Below are positions 54,001 to 64,000 of a stretch of 64,000 nt of DNA, piece after piece (within the stretch, counting starts at the first letter, position 1; each line of letters opens with the position of its first letter). Origin of the DNA: Auanema rhodensis. Taxonomy: Eukaryota > Animalia > Nematoda. Made by a program: the position numbers and the translations under genes. Location: assembly GCA_964057225.1 (NCBI GenBank), contig OZ059897.1, positions 4,216,001 to 4,280,000 on the forward strand, read 5' to 3'. Below the pieces are notes generated by a model. That model was given only the letters and a program-made list of their open reading frames with translations, was not told where the DNA came from and made no database searches.

Positions 54001-57000
54001 AAAAAAGAATCTAAAAACATCTACTTTTTGTGAAATTATTCAGAAATTTTTCGGGAAAATTTTTGTCAAAATGTTTTTGGAAGCAATGTTGAGTGTACAT
54101 GGGAACTCAGCATACACTAATGCATTATTTTTCAAACGATCATAACTAATTTTTGTATAGAGCGTTTCTCAATGTAGTATAGTGCATTCGATGCGGATTT
54201 TTAAGCTGCGTTGATCTGTGTTATCAGATTTGCGCTAGCTTAAAAATGCACCGAGTAATCAACTGATATAGGTTCACACTTATATCCTCGATTTTCACCC
54301 TGAAGAATTAATTTTTTCGTTGAATAACATTGTCCATCGTCTTTGCCTTGAAAAAAGAAATCTAAAAACTCCTACTTTTCGTGAAATTATTTAGAAATTT
54401 TTCGGGAAAATTTTTGTCACAATGTTTTTGGAAGCAATGTTGAGTGTACATGGGAACTCAGCATACACTAATGCATTATTTTTCAAACGATCATAACTAA
54501 TTTTTGTATAGAGCGTTTCTCAATGTAGTATAGTGCATTCGATGCGGATTTTTAAGCTGCGTCGATCTGTGTTATCAGATTTGAGTTAGCTTGAAAATGC
54601 ACCGAGATATTAACTGATATATGTTCACACTTATATCCTCGATTTTCACCCTGAAGAAATGATTTTTTCGTTGAAAAACATTGTCCATCGTATTCGTCTT
54701 GAAAAAAGGAATCTAAAAACATCTACTTTTTGTGAAATTATTTAGAAATTTTTCGGGAAAATTTTTGTCACAATGTTTTTGGAAGCAATGTTGAGTGTAC
54801 ATGGGAACTCAGCATACACTAATGCATTATTTTTCAAACGATCATAACTAATTTTTGTATAGAGCGTTTCTCAATGTAGTATAGTGCATTCGATGCGGAT
54901 TTTTAAGCTGCGTCGATCTGTGTTATCAGATTTGAGTTAGCTTAAAAATGCACCGAGATATCAACTGATATATGTTCACACTTATATCCTCGATTTTCAC
55001 CCTGAAGAAATGATTTTTTCGTTGAAAAACATTGTCCATCGTATTCGTCTTGAAAAAAAGAATCTAAAAACATCTACTTTTTGTGAAATTATTCAGAAAT
55101 TTTTCGGGAAAATTTTTGTCAAAATGTTTTTGGAAGCAATGTTGAGTGTACATGGGAACTCAACATACACTAATGCATTATTTTTCAAACGATCATAACT
55201 AATTTTTGTATGGAGCGTTTCTCAATGTAGTATAGTGCATTCGATGCGGATTTTTGAGCTGCGTTGATCTGTGTTATCAGATATGCGCTAGCTTAAAAAT
55301 GCACCGAGTAATCAACTGATATAGGTTCACACTTATATCCTCGATTTTCACCCTGAAGAATTAATTTTTTCGTTGAATAACATTGTCCATCGTCTTTGCC
55401 TTGAGAAAAGAAATTTAAAAACTCCTACTTTTTGTGAAATTATTTAGAAATTTTTCGGGAAAATTTTTGTCACAATGTTTTTGGAAGCAATGTTGAGTGT
55501 ACATGGGAACTCAGCATACACTAATGCATTATTTTTCAAACGATCATAACTAATTTTTAAATAGAGCGTTTCTTAATGTAGTATAGTGCATTCGATGCGG
55601 ATTTTTGAGCTGCGTTGATCTGTGTTATCAGATTTGCGCTAGCTTAAAAATGCACCGAGTAATCAACTGATATATGTTCACACTTATATCCTCGATTTTC
55701 ACCCTGAAGAAATGATTTTTTCGTTGAAAAACATTGTCCATCGTATTCGTCTTGAAAAAAAGAATCTAAAAACATCTACTTTTTGTGAAATTATTTAGAA
55801 CTTTTTCGGGAAAATTTTTGTCACAATGTTTTTGGAAGCAATGTTGAGTGTACATGGGAACTCAGCATACACTAATGCATTATTTTTCAAACGATCATAA
55901 CTAATTTTTAAATAGAGCGTTTCTCAATGTAGTATAGTGCATTCGATGCGGATTTTTGAGCTGCGTTGATCTGTGTTATCAGATTTGAGTTAGCTTAAAA
56001 ATGCACCGAGATATCAACTGATATATGTTCACACTTATATCCTCGATTTTCACCCTGAAGAAATGATTTTTTCGTTGAAAAACATTGTCCATCGTATTCG
56101 TCTTGAAAAAAAGAATCTAAAAACATCTACTTTTTGTGAAATTATTCAGAAATTTTTCGGGAAAATTTTTGTCAAAATGTTTTTGGAAGCAATGTTGAGT
56201 GTACATGGGAACTCAGCATACACTAATGCATTATTTTTCAAACGATCATAACTAATTTTTGTATAGAGCGTTTCTCAATGTAGTATAGTGCATTCGATGC
56301 GGATTTTTAAGCTGCGTTGATCTGTGTTATCAGATTTGCGCTAGCTTAAAAATGCACCGAGTAATCAACTGATATAGGTTCACACTTATATCCTCGATTT
56401 TCACCCTGAAGAATTAATTTTTTCGTTGAATAACATTGTCCATCGTCTTTGCCTTGAAAAAAGAAATCTAAAAACTCCTACTTTTCGTGAAATTATTTAG
56501 AAATTTTTCGGGAAAATTTTTGTCACAATGTTTTTGGAAGCAATGTTGAGTGTACATGGGAACTCAGCATACACTAATGCATTATTTTTCAAACGATCAT
56601 AACTAATTTTTGTATAGAGCGTTTCTCAATGTAGTATAGTGCATTCGATGCGGATTTTTAAGCTGCGTCGATCTGTGTTATCAGATTTGAGTTAGCTTGA
56701 AAATGCACCGAGATATTAACTGATATATGTTCACACTTATATCCTCGATTTTCACCCTGAAGAAATGATTTTTTCGTTGAAAAACATTGTCCATCGTATT
56801 CGTCTTGAAAAAAGGAATCTAAAAACATCTACTTTTTGTGAAATTATTTAGAAATTTTTCGGGAAAATTTTTGTCACAATGTTTTTGGAAGCAATGTTGA
56901 GTGTACATGGGAACTCAGCATACACTAATGCATTATTTTTCAAACGATCATAACTAATTTTTGTATAGAGCGTTTCTCAATGTAGTATAGTGCATTCGAT

Positions 57001-60000
57001 GCGGATTTTTAAGCTGCGTCGATCTGTGTTATCAGATTTGAGTTAGCTTGAAAATGCACCGAGATATCAACTGATATATGTTCACACTTATATCCTCGAT
57101 TTTCACCCTGAAGAAATGATTTTTTCGTTGAAAAACATTGTCCATCGTATTCGTCTTGAAAAAAGGAATCTAAAAACATCTACTTTTTGTGAAATTATTC
57201 AGAAATTTTTCGGGAAAATTTTTGTCAAAATGTTTTTGGAAGCAATGTTGAGTGTACATGGGAACTCAACATACACTAATGCATTATTTTTCAAACGATC
57301 ATAACTTATTTTTGTATGGAGCGTTTCTCAATGTAGTATAGTGCATTCGATGCGGATTTTTGAGCTGCGTTGATCTGTGTTATCAGATTTGCGCTAGCTT
57401 AAAAATGCACCGAGTAATCAACTGATATAGGTTCACACTTATATCCTCGATTTTCACCCTGAAGAATTAATTTTTTCGTTGAATAACATTGTCCATCGTC
57501 TTTGCCTTGAGAAAAGAAATTTAAAAACTCCTACTTTTTGTGAAATTATTTAGAAATTTTTCGGGAAAATTTTTGTCACAATGTTTTTGGAAGCAATGTT
57601 GAGTGTACATGGGAACTCAGCATACACTAATGCATTATTTTTCAAACGATCATAACTAATTTTTAAATAGAGCGTTTCTTAATGTAGTATAGTGCATTCG
57701 ATGCGGATTTTTGAGCTGCGTTGATCTGTGTTATCAGATTTGCGCTAGCTTAAAAATGCACCGAGTAATCAACTGATATATGTTCACACTTATATCCTCG
57801 ATTTTCACCCTGAAGAATTAATTTTTTCGTTGAATAACATTGTCCATCGTCTTTGCCTTGAGAAAAGAAATTTAAAAACTCCTACTTTTTGTGAAATTAT
57901 TTAGAAATTTTTCGGGAAAATTTTTGTCACAATGTTTTTGGAAGCAATGTTGAGTGTACATGGGAACTCAGCATACACTAATGCATTATTTTTCAAACGA
58001 TCATAACTAATTTTTGTATAGAGCGTTTCTCAATGTAGTATAGTGCATTCGATGCGGATTTTTAAGCTGCGTCGATCTGTGTTATCAGATTTGAGTTAGC
58101 TTGAAAATGCACCGAGATATCAACTGATATATGTTCACACTTATATCCTCGATTTTCACCCTGAAGAAATGATTTTTTCGTTGAAAAACATTGTCCATCG
58201 TATTCGTCTTGAAAAAAGGAATCTAAAAACATCTACTTTTTGTGAAATTATTTAGAAATTTTTCGGGAAAATTTTTGTCACAATGTTTTTGGAAGCAATG
58301 TTGAGTGTACATGGGAACTCAGCATACACTAATGCATTATTTTTCAAACGATCATAACTAATTTTTGTATAGAGCGTTTCTCAATGTAGTATAGTGCATT
58401 CGATGCGGATTTTTAAGCTGCGTCGATCTGTGTTATCAGATTTGAGTTAGCTTAAAAATGCACCGAGATATCAACTGATATATGTTCACACTTATATCCT
58501 CGATTTTCACCCTGAAGAAATGATTTTTTCGTTGAAAAACATTGTCCATCGTATTCGTCTTGAAAAAAAGAATCTAAAAACATCTACTTTTTGTGAAATT
58601 ATTCAGAAATTTTTCGGGAAAATTTTTGTCAAAATGTTTTTGGAAGCAATGTTGAGTGTACATGGGAACTCAACATACACTAATGCATTATTTTTCAAAC
58701 GATCATAACTAATTTTTGTATGGAGCGTTTCTCAATGTAGTATAGTGCATTCGATGCGGATTTTTAAGCTGCGTTGATCTGTGTTATCAGATTTGCGCTA
58801 GCTTAAAAATGCACCGAGTAATCAACTGATATAGGTTCACACTTATATCCTCGATTTTCACCCTGAAGAATTAATTTTTTCGTTGAATAACATTGTCCAT
58901 CGTCTTTGCCTTGAAAAAAGAAATCTAAAAACTCCTACTTTTCGTGAAATTATTTAGAAATTTTTCGGGAAAATTTTTGTCACAATGTTTTTGGAAGCAA
59001 TGTTGAGTGTACATGGGAACTCAACATACACTAATGCATTATTTTTCAAACGATCATAACTAATTTTTGTATGGAGCGTTTCTCAATGTAGTATAGTGCA
59101 TTCGATGCGGATTTTTAAGCTGCGTCGATCTGTGTTATCAGATTTGAGTTAGCTTGAAAATGCACCGAGATATCAACTGATATATGTTCACACTTATATC
59201 CTCGATTTTCACCCTGAAGAAATGATTTTTTCGTTGAAAAACATTGTCCATCGTATTCGTCTTGAAAAAAGGAATCTAAAAACATCTACTTTTTGTGAAA
59301 TTATTTAGAAATTTTTCGGGAAAATTTTTGTCACAATGTTTTTGGAAGCAATGTTGAGTGTACATGGGAACTCAGCATACACTAATGCATTATTTTTCAA
59401 ACGATCATAACTAATTTTTGTATAGAGCGTTTCTCAATGTAGTATAGTGCATTCGATGCGGATTTTTAAGCTGCGTCGATCTGTGTTATCAGATTTGAGT
59501 TAGCTTAAAAATGCACCGAGATATCAACTGATATATGTTCACACTTATATCCTCGATTTTCACCCTGAAGAAATGATTTTTTCGTTGAAAAACATTGTCC
59601 ATCGTATTCGTCTTGAAAAAAAGAATCTAAAAACATCTACTTTTTGTGAAATTATTCAGAAATTTTTCGGGAAAATTTTTGTCAAAATGTTTTTGGAAGC
59701 AATGTTGAGTGTACATGGGAACTCAACATACACTAATGCATTATTTTTCAAACGATCATAACTAATTTTTGTATGGAGCGTTTCTCAATGTAGTATAGTG
59801 CATTCGATGCGGATTTTTGAGCTGCGTTGATCTGTGTTATCAGATATGCGCTAGCTTAAAAATGCACCGAGTAATCAACTGATATAGGTTCACACTTATA
59901 TCCTCGATTTTCACCCTGAAGAATTAATTTTTTCGTTGAATAACATTGTCCATCGTCTTTGCCTTGAGAAAAGAAATTTAAAAACTCCTACTTTTTGTGA

Positions 60001-63000
60001 AATTATTTAGAAATTTTTCGGGAAAATTTTTGTCACAATGTTTTTGGAAGCAATGTTGAGTGTACATGGGAACTCAGCATACACTAATGCATTATTTTTC
60101 AAACGATCATAACTAATTTTTAAATAGAGCGTTTCTTAATGTAGTATAGTGCATTCGATGCGGATTTTTGAGCTGCGTTGATCTGTGTTATCAGATTTGC
60201 GCTAGCTTAAAAATGCACCGAGTAATCAACTGATATATGTTCACACTTATATCCTCGATTTTCACCCTGAAGAAATGATTTTTTCGTTGAAAAACATTGT
60301 CCATCGTATTCGTCTTGAAAAAAAGAATCTAAAAACATCTACTTTTTGTGAAATTATTTAGAACTTTTTCGGGAAAATTTTTGTCACAATGTTTTTGGAA
60401 GCAATGTTGAGTGTACATGGGAACTCAGCATACACTAATGCATTATTTTTCAAACGATCATAACTAATTTTTAAATAGAGCGTTTCTCAATGTAGTATAG
60501 TGCATTCGATGCGGATTTTTGAGCTGCGTTGATCTGTGTTATCAGATTTGAGTTAGCTTAAAAATGCACCGAGATATCAACTGATATATGTTCACACTTA
60601 TATCCTCGATTTTCACCCTGAAGAAATGATTTTTTCGTTGAAAAACATTGTCCATCGTATTCGTCTTGAAAAAAAGAATCTAAAAACATCTACTTTTTGT
60701 GAAATTATTCAGAAATTTTTCGGGAAAATTTTTGTCAAAATGTTTTTGGAAGCAATGTTGAGTGTACATGGGAACTCAGCATACACTAATGCATTATTTT
60801 TCAAACGATCATAACTAATTTTTGTATAGAGCGTTTCTCAATGTAGTATAGTGCATTCGATGCGGATTTTTAAGCTGCGTCGATCTGTGTTATCAGATTT
60901 GAGTTAGCTTAAAAATGCACCGAGATATCAACTGATATATGTTCACACTTATATCCTCGATTTTCACCCTGAAGAAATGATTTTTTCGTTGAAAAACATT
61001 GTCCATCGTATTCGTCTTGAAAAAAAGAATCTAAAAACATCTACTTTTTGTGAAATTATTCAGAAATTTTTCGGGAAAATTTTTGTCAAAATGTTTTTGG
61101 AAGCAATGTTGAGTGTACATGGGAACTCAACATACACTAATGCATTATTTTTCAAACGATCATAACTAATTTTTGTATGGAGCGTTTCTCAATGTAGTAT
61201 AGTGCATTCGATGCGGATTTTTGAGCTGCGTTGATCTGTGTTATCAGATATGCGCTAGCTTAAAAATGCACCGAGTAATCAACTGATATAGGTTCACACT
61301 TATATCCTCGATTTTCACCCTGAAGAATTAATTTTTTCGTTGAATAACATTGTCCATCGTCTTTGCCTTGAGAAAAGAAATTTAAAAACTCCTACTTTTT
61401 GTGAAATTATTTAGAAATTTTTCGGGAAAATTTTTGTCACAATGTTTTTGGAAGCAATGTTGAGTGTACATGGGAACTCAGCATACACTAATGCATTATT
61501 TTTCAAACGATCATAACTAATTTTTAAATAGAGCGTTTCTTAATGTAGTATAGTGCATTCGATGCGGATTTTTGAGCTGCGTTGATCTGTGTTATCAGAT
61601 TTGCGCTAGCTTAAAAATGCACCGAGTAATCAACTGATATATGTTCACACTTATATCCTCGATTTTCACCCTGAAGAAATGATTTTTTCGTTGAAAAACA
61701 TTGTCCATCGTATTCGTCTTGAAAAAAAGAATCTAAAAACATCTACTTTTTGTGAAATTATTTAGAACTTTTTCGGGAAAATTTTTGTCACAATGTTTTT
61801 GGAAGCAATGTTGAGTGTACATGGGAACTCAGCATACACTAATGCATTATTTTTCAAACGATCATAACTAATTTTTAAATAGAGCGTTTCTCAATGTAGT
61901 ATAGTGCATTCGATGCGGATTTTTGAGCTGCGTTGATCTGTGTTATCAGATTTGAGTTAGCTTAAAAATGCACCGAGATATCAACTGATATATGTTCACA
62001 CTTATATCCTCGATTTTCACCCTGAAGAAATGATTTTTTCGTTGAAAAACATTGTCCATCGTATTCGTCTTGAAAAAAAGAATCTAAAAACATCTACTTT
62101 TTGTGAAATTATTCAGAAATTTTTCGGGAAAATTTTTGTCAAAATGTTTTTGGAAGCAATGTTGAGTGTACATGGGAACTCAGCATACACTAATGCATTA
62201 TTTTTCAAACGATCATAACTAATTTTTGTATAGAGCGTTTCTCAATGTAGTATAGTGCATTCGATGCGGATTTTTAAGCTGCGTTGATCTGTGTTATCAG
62301 ATTTGCGCTAGCTTAAAAATGCACCGAGTAATCAACTGATATAGGTTCACACTTATATCCTCGATTTTCACCCTGAAGAATTAATTTTTTCGTTGAATAA
62401 CATTGTCCATCGTCTTTGCCTTGAAAAAAGAAATCTAAAAACTCCTACTTTTCGTGAAATTATTTAGAAATTTTTCGGGAAAATTTTTGTCACAATGTTT
62501 TTGGAAGCAATGTTGAGTGTACATGGGAACTCAGCATACACTAATGCATTATTTTTCAAACGATCATAACTAATTTTTGTATAGAGCGTTTCTCAATGTA
62601 GTATAGTGCATTCGATGCGGATTTTTAAGCTGCGTCGATCTGTGTTATCAGATTTGGGTTAGCTTGAAAATGCACCGAGATATTAACTGATATATGTTCA
62701 CACTTATATCCTCGATTTTCACCCTGAAGAAATGATTTTTTCGTTGAAAAACATTGTCCATCGTATTCGTCTTGAAAAAAGGAATCTAAAAACATCTACT
62801 TTTTGTGAAATTATTTAGAAATTTTTCGGGAAAATTTTTGTCACAATGTTTTTGGAAGCAATGTTGAGTGTACATGGGAACTCAGCATACACTAATGCAT
62901 TATTTTTCAAACGATCATAACTAATTTTTGTATAGAGCGTTTCTCAATGTAGTATAGTGCATTCGATGCGGATTTTTAAGCTGCGTCGATCTGTGTTATC

Positions 63001-64000
63001 AGATTTGAGTTAGCTTGAAAATGCACCGAGATATCAACTGATATATGTTCACACTTATATCCTCGATTTTCACCCTGAAGAAATGATTTTTTCGTTGAAA
63101 AACATTGTCCATCGTATTCGTCTTGAAAAAAGGAATCTAAAAACATCTACTTTTTGTGAAATTATTCAGAAATTTTTCGGGAAAATTTTTGTCAAAATGT
63201 TTTTGGAAGCAATGTTGAGTGTACATGGGAACTCAACATACACTAATGCATTATTTTTCAAACGATCATAACTAATTTTTGTATGGAGCGTTTCTCAATG
63301 TAGTATAGTGCATTCGATGCGGATTTTTGAGCTGCGTTGATCTGTGTTATCAGATTTGCGCTAGCTTAAAAATGCACCGAGTAATCAACTGATATAGGTT
63401 CACACTTATATCCTCGATTTTCACCCTGAAGAATTAATTTTTTCGTTGAATAACATTGTCCATCGTCTTTGCCTTGAGAAAAGAAATTTAAAAACTCCTA
63501 CTTTTTGTGAAATTATTTAGAAATTTTTCGGGAAAATTTTTGTCACAATGTTTTTGGAAGCAATGTTGAGTGTACATGGGAACTCAGCATACACTAATGC
63601 ATTATTTTTCAAACGATCATAACTAATTTTTAAATAGAGCGTTTCTTAATGTAGTATAGTGCATTCGATGCGGATTTTTGAGCTGCGTTGATCTGTGTTA
63701 TCAGATTTGCGCTAGCTTAAAAATGCACCGAGTAATCAACTGATATATGTTCACACTTATATCCTCGATTTTCACCCTGAAGAATTAATTTTTTCGTTGA
63801 ATAACATTGTCCATCGTCTTTGCCTTGAGAAAAGAAATTTAAAAACTCCTACTTTTTGTGAAATTATTTAGAAATTTTTCGGGAAAATTTTTGTCACAAT
63901 GTTTTTGGAAGCAATGTTGAGTGTACATGGGAACTCAGCATACACTAATGCATTATTTTTCAAACGATCATAACTAATTTTTGTATAGAGCGTTTCTCAA
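48100..64000. repeat. 10-mer HOR (3510 bp) with truncated 6-mer and 4-mer derivatives and a 3-mer spacer
   Basis: CAGATATGCGC (~49667, 53177, 55283, 59846, 61250) and AGAACTTTTT (~50185, 53695, 55801, 60364, 61768) share offsets 3510, 2106, 4563, 1404. TTTTAAATAGAG, TTTCTTAATG and GAGAAAAGAAATTT are confined to this domain. Confidence 0.85.

Larger units (their letters stand above)
1..64000. repeat. Satellite DNA: head-to-tail tandem array of a 351-bp AT-rich monomer (~182 copies), open at both window ends
   Basis: The unit TCGGGAAAATTTTTGTCA...GAAATTTT recurs continuously. ORF-track anchors are spaced at multiples of 351 (351, 702, 1053, 1404, 2106); 958 to 63083 = 177x351 - 2. No non-monomer sequence or strand switch seen. 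Confidence 0.99.

Noticed and set aside
958-63271. 32 copies of a 62-63 aa ORF as a tandem gene family
   Set aside because: It is a frame of the satellite monomer, closed in over 80% of copies. It has a low-complexity K/F/I composition, no recognisable domain, and non-synonymous variants. Not annotated as CDS.
1-64000. CRISPR array or repeat-spacer/cassette system
   Set aside because: There are no unique spacers or cassettes; the entire unit repeats at 94% identity or more, and no cas, integrase or reverse transcriptase genes are present.

Overview
The whole 64-kb window is one uninterrupted head-to-tail tandem array (satellite DNA) of an AT-rich 351-bp monomer. There are about 182 copies, all in one orientation, and the first monomer is about 33% GC by hand count. 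I see no credible protein-coding genes, RNA genes, transposon insertions or CRISPR spacers. The 32 near-identical 62-63 aa plus-strand ORFs are one reading frame of the monomer, opened or closed by two monomer polymorphisms. Most variation sits at about 20 biallelic sites defining two haplotypes, roughly 94% identical. Haplotype A carries ttgatc/tgcgct/gtaatc/aattaa/ctttgcc/actcct/tag; haplotype B carries tcgatc/tgagtt/gatatc/aaatga/attcgtc/acatct/cag. Many monomers are A/B chimeras. Rare marker variants show a patchwork of local higher-order repeats (HORs): 2-mers at 0.7-4.9 and 7.3-11 kb, 5-mers, a 12-mer with a nested 4-mer at 18-28 kb, 3/6/8-mers at 32-47 kb, and a 10-mer with 6- and 4-mer derivatives at 48-64 kb. 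The monomer contains at least three sizeable imperfect inverted repeats, and several common variants inside them keep G-T/G-U pairing. This looks like eukaryotic (peri)centromeric or heterochromatic satellite, probably invertebrate given no CpG depletion. I cannot name the family or species, and I found no evidence for a novel gene-encoded system. All marker positions were read by eye and may be off by a few bases.
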